Position numbers and translations under genes: made by a program. From Selaginella moellendorffii (taxonomy: Eukaryota; Plantae; Lycopodiophyta), in the NCBI RefSeq assembly GCF_000143415.4, contig NW_003314366.1, forward strand, positions 384,997 through 448,996: a stretch of DNA of 64,000 nucleotides, given 5' to 3'. The first letter of the stretch is position 1, and each line of letters begins with the position of its first letter. Below the pieces are notes generated by a model. That model was given only the letters and a program-made list of their open reading frames with translations. It ran no database searches and was not told the DNA's origin. Shown here piece after piece: positions 12,260 through 23,322 of this stretch.

Positions 12260-13054
12260 TGTAAGCAACCAAAGGGAACGACTCGAGAGACGATCCATGG
12301 GGTTCAAATATAGAGGGAAAGGGCCCATGAACAAGAGTGCACCCCCTTTTCCAATCGGTTAAGGGTCTTGGGATAGTTGGAGTTAAGCGTCCTTGGGTTT
12401 GAATAGTACTGGGCTGGGTGACCTCCCAGGAAGTCCAAACTCAGGAGCTTACATTTGGTATCAGAGGGGTCTCGGGTCCGACTCTGTTGGTTGGCTAGGG
12501 GAATCACACCACATGTTGATTGACATCTGGCTGGTCCAGTTTGCTCCCACTGGGCTCGACCCAAGGGGTAGGGTGTCAGGAGAGCGAGGCTCTCGGGAGA
12601 GTTGCGGCTCTCAGCTTCCGTTCACGAGGGCGTGAACTTGCAGGGAAGCGTGGTGGATGGTATCAGAGGGGTCTCGGGTCCGACTCTGTTGGTTGGCTAG
12701 GGGAATCACACCACATGTTGATTGACATCTGGCTGGTCTAGTTTGCTCCCACTGGGCTCGACCCAAGGGGTAGGGTGTCAGGAGAGCAAGGCTCTCGGGA
12801 GAGTTGCGGCTCTCAGCTTCCGTTCACGAGGGCGTGAACTTGCAGGGAAGCGTGGTGGATTGTAAGCAACCAAAGGGAACGACTCGAGAGACGATCCATG
12901 GGGTTCAAATATAGAGGGAAAGGGCCCATGAACAAGAGTGCACCCCCTTTTCCAATCGGTTAAGGGTCTTGGGATAGTTGGAGTTAAGCGTCTTTGGGTT
13001 TGAATAGTACTGGGCTGGGTGACCTCCCAGGAAGTCTAAACTCAGGAGCTTACA
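12260..13054 (+). mobile_element. Cassandra TRIM with duplicated internal domain (LTR-I-I-LTR), 795 bp
   Basis: LTRs at 12260-12453 and 12861-13054 (2 mismatches). Perfect TSD GTCGG. Internal domain present twice: 12454-12657 and 12658-12860. Confidence 0.94.
12381..12436 (+). promoter_or_regulatory. 5S rRNA-derived Pol III type-1 internal promoter (box A / IE / box C) in a Cassandra LTR; equivalents in the other three intact LTRs
   Basis: AGTTAAGCGTCCTTGGGTTTGAATAGTACTGGGCTGGGTGACCTCCCAGGAAGTCC matches the 3' half of plant 5S rRNA as recalled, at about 47/56 by eye. Confidence 0.85.
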
Positions 13055-13685
13055 GTCGGGTCTGAAATCGAGTCTGAGATCAAGTCTAAGACCAAGTCTG
13101 AGTACTAATACAGGTCAAGGGGTGAAAGCCCAAAGCATGCGTCTCCCAGAGGGGGGCTGTAAGGGTTCCAAAAGTATAATAGGGATAGATGAGATTCAGG
13201 AACTAATCTTGAACGAACTCTCCAATGGTGCTTTCAAATTGACTTGAGGTTGAAATTGGGACTAAGGGGCCTTGGGTGGGAGTGAGTATCGACTCAGGTG
13301 GTGCCAAATGGGCCACCCAAGGAAGTGCTCAAAAGCAACTCCCTTGTTCGTTTCAAATATTGTACTCAAGCATTTGTAAATTTTGATTTTGACAATCCCA
13401 AACATTTTTATGTAAATTTTAATTAACTAAGTTTTACAATTCTTTTACACCTACTTTTTTCCTCACCAAGAGATGTTGCATAGAGCACATGACTATAATG
13501 TCCATTGCTTTGATTATAACTTATAGTCAACCACTAGAAATAAAGCATCCCTGAGCAATTATGTCAAATAATTTTTGTTTATTTGCTCAGACATTATCCA
13601 AGTCCCGCAGAAGCGTTTTACTCGACTAGCATGTCTTTATCTTGAGAACTGATAGGAAGTTTTTATCAAAGAATGCATCGTTCAC

Positions 13686-15292
13686 TCACTTGCGATCCAG
13701 CTTCATAGCTTTGAGATCTTCCAGCCATCCCTGGAGGCCACAAAACGACTTCCCATTCTCTTTGTCCATAGCTTTCCTCGCAAGGATCTTCAGGTTCTGC
13801 ACTCTCTTCTTGATCTTCTTCCCCTCCTCGCTATCCATCACCTTTTTTATGCCGGCCTCGATCTCTCCTCGCTCGATCAATCCCTGCACCACTGTCTTGG
13901 AGAATCTAACCCCGATCTTCCAGTCCTCCACTATAAACTTACAGTTGGTGTTTTGCTCGCCCCCGTAAGGCCACCCCAGCATTGGAATGCCATTAGCGAT
14001 GCTCTCCTGGACGGAATTCCATCCGCAGTGCGTGAGAAACGCTCCCATGGAGGGATGGGCGAGAACTCTCAGCTGTGGCGCCCAGGAAACGATGAATCCC
14101 TGGTTCTTGGTCCTCTCGCAAAACCCATTGTAAGATTCGTTCGAGTGACCACCCACCACCAGCTCAGGTCGAATCACCCACAAGAATGGCTTCTTCGATG
14201 CCTCGAGAGCTCCCGCGAGCTCCTCGAACTGCTCCACGCTCAGCACCGCGATGCTGCCAAACGAGATGTAGAGCACTGATCCAGGCTCCTGCACATCCAT
14301 CCAGTGAAGGCAATCCTCGTTCTCGGGTCGAAGCACGACATTCTTCCTGGAATCGTCGAACAAGAACAGTGGCCCCGCGGGGATGAATCGAGGCCCGAGC
14401 TCGCTGGCCATGAAATCGAAGGTGGGCGCCTCGAGGTCGTAGAAGGAATTGACGAGGACCCAGCGCGCGCGCTTCACGACGGGGGAGCGCTTGATGCAAA
14501 TCTCCTTCAACACCTCCTGGCCCTCCGAGGCCAGCAGGCAATCGGGCACATCGGCCAGGCGGAGGGGCTTGACTCCTCGGACGTAATCGATGATCACGGC
14601 ATTGGCCTCGTCGGGGGAAGCTTTCCCTGCGTCAACAGAGGAGGTTAATTCCAAAGGGAAGAACAGGGGAAATTTGATGGTCCAAGGGAAGAACAGGGTA
14701 AATACAAGGGAAGAATAGGGGAAACGCTTAATTCCAAGGGAAGAACAGGGGAAGAACGGAGATTCGCACCTCTGCTAGGAAAGATGTGATCTTTCTCCAG
14801 AAGCTCTGGAATGTGGTACTCAAAGCTCGTCCATGCCGCGTTTCCCGACCAAAGAATGATCCTGGGGATTCCAAACACAGCCGCCACATCCTGGGTCCAA
14901 TCGCAGATGTAATCCGAGACGATACAGCTGACCGGATCGCCCTCCTCGCCGAGCTTGCGGATCAAATCCTCGAGGCCGCCGGGGAGCTCTCGCGCGGCTG
15001 CCGTGAACCAGTCCCCCACATTTCCTGCGACGTTGGCGTCGACTCCTCGCGGGAGCTTCCACGAGAATGGGATGGAATGGAGGCGCAGAGCTTCCAGCCC
15101 CGCCGGCGCCACCCAGTGCTTGACGAACTCGTCGTGGAGGCTGTCGATATTGACCCAGGAGATTGTGAAGCTTGGATCTTGGGCGATGAACTTACAGAGA
15201 TGGATCATTGGGGAGATATGGCCTTGCGCGGGCGCTGGAAACGCCAAGACATGGACCTTGCGAGAAGCCATGGTTTCCTTGGCAGGGTTCAT
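13686..15292 (-). CDS. Family-1 UDP-glycosyltransferase (UGT copy 1), 2 exons: 15292-14770 and 14626-13686
   Basis: N-terminal PAQGHISP and PSPG box WAPQLRVLAHPSMGAFLTHCGWNSVQESIANGIPMLGWPYGGEQ. A 143-bp GT-AG intron restores the frame. Confidence 0.95.
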
Positions 15293-16100
15293 CGGTATTT
15301 ATTAGAATGGTTTTCTTGGCGGGGAAGGCAACGGATGTTTACACAAGTTGATTTCTCGACAAAGAGAGATTAGCATAAGCGTTGTGAGAGGCAATTCTGC
15401 TCTAGAACGAGACTCACATTGACCCAAGTTGCAATTCATTACAGCTCCTGAATTTGAACAAGCAATGATCCTATGGATAGCTGCCGCATGAATCTTGAGA
15501 AGGTGGCAAAAATCTGTCCCTACACCTGGCGGCTGGGAAGCTTCCGGCCTTTGAGAATATGGTAAGAGCATTTAACATTGGAGCAATCAGATTCATGAGT
15601 GCTGCTCTTGTCCACAAAATGGCCGTGGCTAAGTCCAGCCTAAAATAAGTGCATGATTATCGATCAAGAGAACGCTCGTTGTCTTCTCTTTGGCTGGAAA
15701 TGATGCCTGGTCTGGGCAAATGCAAGTTAGCAAAGATTCCGAGCAACAATACTGTACTCAAGCATTTGTAGAGTTTTTTTTTGTAAACATCGAAAATCCC
15801 AAACGTTTTCATGTAAGTTTTAATTAACTAAGTCTTACAGTTCTTTTGCATCTGCTTTTTTCCTCACCGAGAAATGTTACATAGAGCACATAACTAATGT
15901 CCATTTGCTTTGATTGTAACTTATGGTCGGTCACTAGCAATAGAGCATTCTTGAACAATTTTGTCAAGTAATCTTTGTTTGTTTGCTCAGCCATTTCCAA
16001 CATTATCCAAATCCCACGCACAAGCGTTTTACTTGACTAGCATGTGTTTATCTTCAGAACTGATAGATAGAAAGTTCTTATCAAAGAATGCATCGTTCAC

Positions 16101-17760
16101 TCACTTGCGATCCAGCTTCATAGCTTTGAGATCTTCCAGCCATCCCTGGAGGCCACAAAACGACTTCCCATTCTCTTTGTCCATAGCTTTCCTCGCAAGG
16201 ATCTTCAAGTTCTCCACTCTCTCCTTCATCTTCTTCCCCTCCTCGCTATCCATCACCTTTCTTATGCCGTCCTCGATCTCTCCTCGCTCGATCAATCCCT
16301 GCACCACTGTCTTGGAGAATCTAACCCCGATCTTCCAGTCCTCCACTATAAACTTACAGTTGGTGTTTTGCTCACCCCCGTAAGGCCACCCCAGCATTGG
16401 AATGCCATTTGCGATGCTCTCCTGGATGGAATTCCATCCGCAGTGCGTGAGAAACGCTCCCATGGAGGGATGGGCGAGAACTCGAAGCTGTGGCGCCCAG
16501 GAAACGATGAATCCCTGGTTCTTGGTCCTCTCGCAAAACCGATTGTAAGATTCGTTCGAGTGACCACCCACCACCAGCTCAGGTCGAATCACCCACAAGA
16601 ATGGCTTCTTCGATGCCTCGAGAGCTCCCGCGAGCTCCTCGAATTGCTCCTCGCTCAGCACCGCGATGCTGCCAAATGAGATGTAGAGAACAGATCCACG
16701 CTCCTGCGCATCCATCCAGTGAAGGCAATCCTCGTTCTCGGGTCGAAGCACCACATTCTTCCTGGAATCGTCGAGCAAGAACAGTGGCCCCGCGGGGATG
16801 AATCGAGGCCCGAGCTCGCTGGCCATGAAATCAAAACTGGGCGCCTCTAGGTCGTAGAAGGAATTGACGAGGACCCAGCGCGCGCGCTTCACGACGAAGG
16901 AGCGCTTGATAGAAATCTCCTTCCACACCTCGTCGCCCTGAAGGTACGTGGGCACATCGGCCAGGCGGAGCGGCTTGACTCCTCGGACGTAATCGATGAT
17001 CACAGAATTTGCCTCGTCCGCAGAAGCTCTTCCTGCGCACGAATCGATCAGTCCAAGGGAAGAACAGGGGATGTTAATTCCAAAGAGAAGAGGGCCAAAG
17101 GGAAGAACAGGGGAAATGTGATGGTATTCCAAGGAAAGAACAGGGTAATTCCAGGGAAAACAATGGAAGAACAGGGGAAACTTTTAATTCCAAGGGAAGA
17201 ATAGGGAAAACGTTTAATTCCAAGGGAAGAACAGGGAAAGTTCATGATCAAAATAGGCGATTCGTACCTCTGCTAGGAAATATGTGATCCTTCTCCAGAA
17301 GCTCTGGAATGTGGTACTCCAAGCTCGTCCATGCCGCGGTGCCCGGCCAAAGAATGACCCTGGGGATGCCAAACACATCCGCCACATCCTGGGTCCAATC
17401 GCAGAAGTAATCCGAGACGATACAGCTGACCGGATCGCCCTCCTCGCCGAGCTTGCGGATCAAATCCTCGAGGCCGCCGGGGAGCTCTCGCGCAGCTGCC
17501 GCGAACCAGTCCCCCAGATTTCGCACGACGTGGGCGTCGACTCCTCGCGGGACCTTCCACGAGAATGGGATGGAATGGAGGCGTATCTCTTCCAGCGCCG
17601 CCCAGTGCTTGATGAATTCGTCGTGGAGGCTGTCGATATTGACCACGGAGATTGTGAAGCTTGGATCTTGAGCGATGAACTTGCAGAGATGGATCATTGG
17701 GGAGATATGGCCTTGGGCGGCCACTGGAACCGCCAAGACATGGACCTTGGTAGAAGCCAT
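16101..17760 (-). CDS. UDP-glycosyltransferase (UGT copy 2), exons 17760-17268 and 17032-16101
   Basis: Same motifs as copy 1; 235-bp GT-AG intron at the same position. Confidence 0.95.
17050..17240. repeat. Intronic minisatellite (~22-30-bp unit, core CCAAGGGAAGAACAGGG); shorter array at 14648-14760
   Basis: About 7 degenerate units in the UGT2 intron, about 4 in UGT1 and traces in UGT3. Confidence 0.85.
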
Positions 17761-18675
17761 GATTTTTTTTTGGCAAGGAAAGATTTGTGCGTAAACTGTT
17801 TAGACTACTAGCCGTCTCTGGAAAAGATTCCTTGGTAGTTTAGTGTTTTGGCCAATTTCTGGAGATTAAGATCCTGATGGTGGTTCCAAGGATTATTATC
17901 CCCTCGCTGGGATTAAGTTTCACAATTCCAAAAGCTAAGGGACTGTAGAGTTTGGATCGATATTTGGGGCAATGATCCCTTGCATGCATGGACAACTGCC
18001 ACATGAATCTTGATCTCTATTAAGTTGGGAAAAATCTAGATATTTCCGTGCATGGCGGCTGGGACGAGCAAAAGAGAGAAGAAAAACATGGTAAGAGCAT
18101 GTAACATTAAGTAAGTGCTCTAAGACATCTCTCTAATCCCGGATTCTTAAAGAAATGCATGACTACAGCGCGCTAATGGTGTCTTCCCTTCGGCCGCAAA
18201 TGATGCCTCGTCTGGGCAAATGCAACTTCGCAAAGATTCCGAGCAACAATGTTGCGCTGAAGTTTGTAAGCATCGACTTTAATATTGGTTCCAAACGTTT
18301 CATGTAGGTTCTAACGAAGCTCTTTCGCATCTAGTCAACTACCCCTATCTGGCAAATGCTAAGAGTCTATCAGAGGGCATTGTGGTGATCCCAGGGGTTC
18401 CGCTAAAGATATCCCCAGTTGGTAGCGGCCATTCGCGAGGAATTCCATCTCCTCGCGGTAATCCCTGCGGATTTCTCAACTCGGAGTCGGATCGAGCAGC
18501 CAGGATCGCCGCAGGGATGTTGGCACCTCCTGCGCTCTGCGTCTGGCTTTCCAATGCTCATGCGACATCTCTCAGTGAGGAAGAAACCGGCATGGATCAA
18601 AGAAGTTGGCACATTAATTATCTTGAGAACTGGTACAAAGTTCTTAAAGTTCTCTTCAAAGAATAGATCTTTCAC

Positions 18676-20218
18676 TCACTCGCGATGGATCTTCAAACCT
18701 TTGAGATCTTCCAAGAATGCTTGGACGCCACGAAACGATTTCCCATGCTCTTTGTCCATGGCTTTCCTGGCAAGGATCTTCAAGTTCTCCACTCTCTCCT
18801 TCATTTCCTTCCCCTCTTCGCTATCCATCACCTTTCTTATGCCGTCCTCGATCTCTCCTCGCTCGATCAATCCCTGCATCGCGGTCTTGGAGAATCTAAC
18901 CCCGATCTTCCAGTCCTCCACTATAAACTTACAGTTGGTGTTTTGCTCGACCCCGTAAGGCCACCCCAGCATTGGAATCCCGTGTGTGATGCTCTCCTGG
19001 ATGGAATTCCATCCGCAGTGCGTAAGAAACGCTCCCATGGAGGGATGGGCGAGGACTCGCAGCTGTGGCGCCCAAGAAACGATGAATCCCTGGTTCTTGG
19101 TCCTCTCGCAAAACCCATCGTAAGATTCGGTGGACTGTCCGCCGACCACGAGCTCGGATCGAATCACCCACAAGAATGGCTTCTTCGATGCCTCGAGAGC
19201 TCCCGCGAGCTCCTCGAATTGCTCCACGCTCAGCACCGCGATGCTGCCAAACGAGATGTAGAGCACCGATCCAGGCTCCTGCTCATCCATCCAGCCAAGG
19301 CAATCCTCGTTCTCGGGGCGAAGCACCACATTCTTCCTGGAATCGTCGAGCAAAAACTGTGGCCCCGCGGGGATAAATCTAGGTCCGAGCTCGCTGGCCA
19401 TGAAATCGAAGGTGGGCGCCTCGAGGTCGTAGAAGGAATTGACGAGGACCCATCGCGCGCGCTTCACGACGGGGGAGCGTTTGATGCAAATCTCCTTCCA
19501 CACCTTCTCGCCCTGCATGTAATCGGGCACATCGGCCAGGCGGAGGGGCTTCACTCCTCGGACGTAGTCAATGATCACGGAATTGGCCTCCTCCGGGGAA
19601 GCTCTCCCTGGGTACGAATCGGGGAAGAACAGGCGAAATTTGAATAAGGGGAGGAGGGAAAGAACTAATGTTCATGGTCGTACCTCTGCTATGAAAGATG
19701 TGATTCTTCTCCAGAAGATCTAGAATGTGGTACTCAAAGCTCGACCATCCCGCGGTTCCCGACCAGAGAATGATCCTGGGGATACCAAACACGTCCGCCA
19801 CATCCTGGGTCCAATCGCAGAAGTAATCCGAGATGATGCAGTTGACCGGATCACCCTCCTCGCCGAGCTTGCGGATCAAATCCTCGAGGCCGCCCGGGAG
19901 CTCTCGCGCGGATGCCGTGAACCAGTCCCCCACATTTCCCAGCGCGTGGGCATCGGCTCCTAGCGGGAGCTGCCACGAGTATGGGATGGAATGGAGGCGC
20001 AGATCTTCCAGCCCCGCCGGCGCCACCCAGTGCTTGACGAACTCGTCGTGGAGGCTGTCGACATTGACCAAGGAGATCGTGAAGCTTGGATCTCGAGCGA
20101 TGAGCTTGCAGAGATGGATCATTGGGGACATATGGCCTTGCGCGGGCAGGGGAACGACCACGACATGGATCTTGCTACTGGGGGAGGAAGAATCGCTAGA
20201 ACTTTGCAAGGATCTCAT
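18676..20218 (-). CDS. UDP-glycosyltransferase (UGT copy 3), exons 20218-19684 and 19607-18676
   Basis: PAQGHMSP and PSPG box ending PYGVEQ; 76-bp intron. Confidence 0.95.
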
Positions 20219-20680
20219 GATTTCTTAGGTCTCTTCCCACTCTGAGAATTGATCCATGCGGATCTTATAACCATAGAACCATCACTTTATCCACGAGAAT
20301 CTTGCCCAGCCAGTTGGTTGTTTTCCATTTGATCGTACACATCGACCAGCTTTTGCAGAAGTTGTGTTTATTATGAAACCTTTAAATGCCTTTCCCGGGC
20401 AAGTGTGACTTTTCATTGTTCCAGTTGTCCTCTTAAGTTTTAGTTTAGCATCTATGAAGCTTTCTTTCAATCATCTATTTTAAATTGTTTCTTTATGTTT
20501 TTCAAGTTAGTTCTAACGACGTAACACTGCTCGTTTGGATCTAGTCAAGTAAAACGCTTGCTCGTCCAAAATGCCCAACTCTGGCAAATTATATGAGAGG
20601 GCCAAATCCCTAAAACTAGGGTTGTTGGGAGGAGCAATGCCGCCATCGCCATCGCGGTAAGTCTCCTCTCTCTCGATCGA

Positions 20681-23293
20681 ATGCCGGTCTTCCGGCCGTC
20701 GCCGATCCTAGCGACGCAGCGCCTGTCACAGCTCGCGCCGCTCAAATGGTTCAAGGCGCCGTCCCGGACAGCCGACAAGCCCGTGTACGTGACCAAGCGG
20801 CTGCTCGAGGGGGAGAAGGCGCGGGATACCTATGGAAGAATGCGCCAGTGTGGGATCCGGCCGTGCGTGCCAGTGATCGTGCTCGCGATCAAGGCTTGCA
20901 GCGAGAGATGGGATCTCATGAGCCTCCACAGCGATCTCGTCGCCACCAAGAACGATCGAGACGTGTCGGTGGCCAACACTCTGATCGACAGCTACGCGCA
21001 CTTTGGCCTCGTCGCGGATGCTCGCAAGGTCTTCGATGGGATCCAGTGCCGCGACGCCATCTCGTGGAACACCATGATCAAAGGTTACGTCCAGAACGGC
21101 GATGGCAAGGGAGCTCTCGAGCTCTTCTCGCGGATCCAGGAAGATGGTCTTCTCCCAAACGCGAGAACTTATCTGGCAGCTCTCCAGGCCTGCTCCATGG
21201 TCGCAGCTCGAGAGAAAGGGACAGTGCTCGAAGGTGGCAGGCTTGTCAAGGTGGCTACTTTGGAAAGAGGAGCAGCGATCCATGCCGAGATCGTCAAGAA
21301 CCAGTACTCCGGGGACGTGTTCGTCTCCAGCGGTCTCGTGGATATGTACTCCAAGTGTGGAAGCCTGGAGAATGCCAAGCTCGTCTTCGACAAAATGGAG
21401 TTCCACGACGTGGTTTCCTGGACTGCGATCATCATGGGCCACTGTAACTGCGGCGAGGCCGAGCTCGCTCTCGCCTTGTTCTCGCGGATGAAGGAGGAAG
21501 GCTTCATTCCCGATGGCACAACTTTCGTGGCGGTTCTCAAGGCTTGCGCGAGCTTGGCAGTGAAGGAGACGAGTGGAAGTCATGGAGAAGTGGCTCTGGC
21601 GAGCCTGGAGAAAGGGAGAGCGCTCCACACCGAGCTCAAGAAGCTGGGGATCAAGTCGGACATGGTCTTGGAGAGCTCGCTCGTGGATATGTACGTCAAA
21701 TGTGGGAGCTTGGAAGATGCAAGGCTGGTGTTTGAGAGGATGCATCGTCGCGACGCACTCGCGTGGACGAGTATGATATCCGGAACTGCTCAAGCTGGGA
21801 ATGGCGAGCTCGCTCTCCAGATGTTTGCTCGCATGCAAGAGGAAGGGATCAGGCCAGACGCTCCAGCTTTCGTCGCCGCTCTTGGTGCTTGCAGTAGCCT
21901 CGCGGCGAGAGAAGGCAAGCGTGTGGAAGGGAAGTTCAAGAAGAGCCTCGTCTTGCAGAAAGGCACGGCAATTCACTCTAAGCTCGCAAAGATAGTGAAG
22001 CTCCCGAATGCTTTTGTGGAGAATGCTCTCGTGGATATGTACGCGAAGTGTGGCAACATCCAGCGAGCTCGGGAAGTGTTTGACGCGATGCTGGAGCGAG
22101 ATCTAGTCTCCTGGAACTCCATGATACTGGGACTTGCACAAAACGACGAGTGTGAACCGGCTCTCAAGTACTTCTCGGTCATGCAGCACGAAGGCTTCAA
22201 GCCAGGCACCAGGACGATTGTCGGGGTGTTCAAAGCCTGTGCGGCGATGGTGGCTTTGGAAACCGGTCGAAAGTTTCACGTCGAGGCTCGCATCTCCGGA
22301 CTTGACAATGATCCCACGGTGGCATCCTCGATCGTGGACTTCTACGCCAAGTGCGGTAGTATGAGCGATGCACAAGAGGTGTTTGATTCGCTGGAGACGA
22401 GGGACTTGGTAACTTGGAACGCCTTGATCGCGGGATACAGCTGCTGCGGAGACAATGAACGAGTCCTGGAACTTTTGGTCAGCGCAGAGAAAGAAGTTGG
22501 CTCAGTGAACGGCATCACTCTCCTCTGTGTTCTCGCGTCCTACAGCCATGCTGGCCTGGTGGAGGAAGGCAAGAGCTTCTTTGAGACAATGAACTCTAGA
22601 TATGGTGTCCAACCCGGCGTGGAGCACTGCACCAGCATGGTGGATCTTCTGAGCCGAGCGAATCGTCTGGAAGAGGCAGCGAGCATGGCCAAGAGAATCT
22701 CTCGCGATTCAAGCAAAGTCGCGTGGATTACAGTGCTGGGGGCTTGTTTCAAGTGGAAGAACGTAGAAGTTGGCAAGCTTGCGTTTGACTCGGTACCGAA
22801 GGAGGATGGCGATCCATCGCCTTTCGTGCTCATGTCGAATATCTACGCCGGGGCTGGGATGTGGGAGCAGCGAGCAGCAGTCCGAAAGGCGATGGCGACG
22901 AAGTCTTTGAGCCGAGCACAGGGACAGAGCTCGTCATGGGTCGATGCCGCTGGAACGGTTCACAGATTTTCTTGGGAGAAAGAGAAGAAGATGGAGCATC
23001 CTCAAATGGAAGAGATTGTCGCGAAGTTGAGCCTTTTCCTGGGTGACAAGACGAGGAACGATGATCAAGTTTGCGAGCACAGCGAGAGATTTGCTGCTGG
23101 TTGTGCTCTGGTAAACACAGCGGCTGGAACAGACATCCGGATCTCCAAGAGTGGAAGAGTTTGCGGCGATTGTCACGACGTTTTAGCCGCCATCTCCAGA
23201 CAAGGAGGAGGAGGCCGTTTGGTCGTCTGCAAGGACATAAGTTGTGTCCACGCTTTTCGAGACGGGCACTGCTCCTGTGGAGATTTCTGGTGA
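20681..23293 (+). CDS. PLS-class PPR protein with DYW-type deaminase domain (organellar C-to-U editing factor), 870 aa, intronless
   Basis: Repeated LVDMYxKCG / DVVSW motifs, E domains, HSE..CGDCH and terminal CSCGDFW. Basic, Ser/Pro-rich N-terminus resembles a transit peptide. Confidence 0.95.
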   Translation: MPVFRPSPILATQRLSQLAPLKWFKAPSRTADKPVYVTKRLLEGEKARDTYGRMRQCGIRPCVPVIVLAIKACSERWDLMSLHSDLVATKNDRDVSVANTLIDSYAHFGLVADARKVFDGIQCRDAISWNTMIKGYVQNGDGKGALELFSRIQEDGLLPNARTYLAALQACSMVAAREKGTVLEGGRLVKVATLERGAAIHAEIVKNQYSGDVFVSSGLVDMYSKCGSLENAKLVFDKMEFHDVVSWTAIIMGHCNCGEAELALALFSRMKEEGFIPDGTTFVAVLKACASLAVKETSGSHGEVALASLEKGRALHTELKKLGIKSDMVLESSLVDMYVKCGSLEDARLVFERMHRRDALAWTSMISGTAQAGNGELALQMFARMQEEGIRPDAPAFVAALGACSSLAAREGKRVEGKFKKSLVLQKGTAIHSKLAKIVKLPNAFVENALVDMYAKCGNIQRAREVFDAMLERDLVSWNSMILGLAQNDECEPALKYFSVMQHEGFKPGTRTIVGVFKACAAMVALETGRKFHVEARISGLDNDPTVASSIVDFYAKCGSMSDAQEVFDSLETRDLVTWNALIAGYSCCGDNERVLELLVSAEKEVGSVNGITLLCVLASYSHAGLVEEGKSFFETMNSRYGVQPGVEHCTSMVDLLSRANRLEEAASMAKRISRDSSKVAWITVLGACFKWKNVEVGKLAFDSVPKEDGDPSPFVLMSNIYAGAGMWEQRAAVRKAMATKSLSRAQGQSSSWVDAAGTVHRFSWEKEKKMEHPQMEEIVAKLSLFLGDKTRNDDQVCEHSERFAAGCALVNTAAGTDIRISKSGRVCGDCHDVLAAISRQGGGGRLVVCKDISCVHAFRDGHCSCGDFW

Positions 23294-23322
23294 CTTTGCT
23301 GCTTTTCTCCTAGGGCTTTTTC

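Larger units (their letters stand above)
1566..13190 (+). mobile_element. Degenerate Ty3/gypsy chromovirus (host element), split by nested insertions; truncated 3' LTR at 11960-~13190
   Basis: Domain order RNase H - integrase - chromodomain. PPT TCTATGGGTGGTGGAGT at 11943-11959, followed by a TG-starting LTR with the same repeat array. Confidence 0.85.

Noticed and set aside
2774-13054. Retrozyme (hammerhead ribozyme in the LTRs)
   Set aside because: No CTGANGA..GAAA core with flanking stems was seen by eye.
18375-18559. TPP riboswitch, SRP RNA or U3 identity for the structured segment
   Set aside because: Only isolated words match (GGTAAT.CCTGCG, GAGCAGC). The required motif order is absent, so it is kept as an unknown structure.
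20726-21976. 416-aa antisense ORF, and similar ones opposite the UGT, RING and ERF genes
   Set aside because: Shadow ORFs of GC-rich coding sequence with no recognisable motifs.
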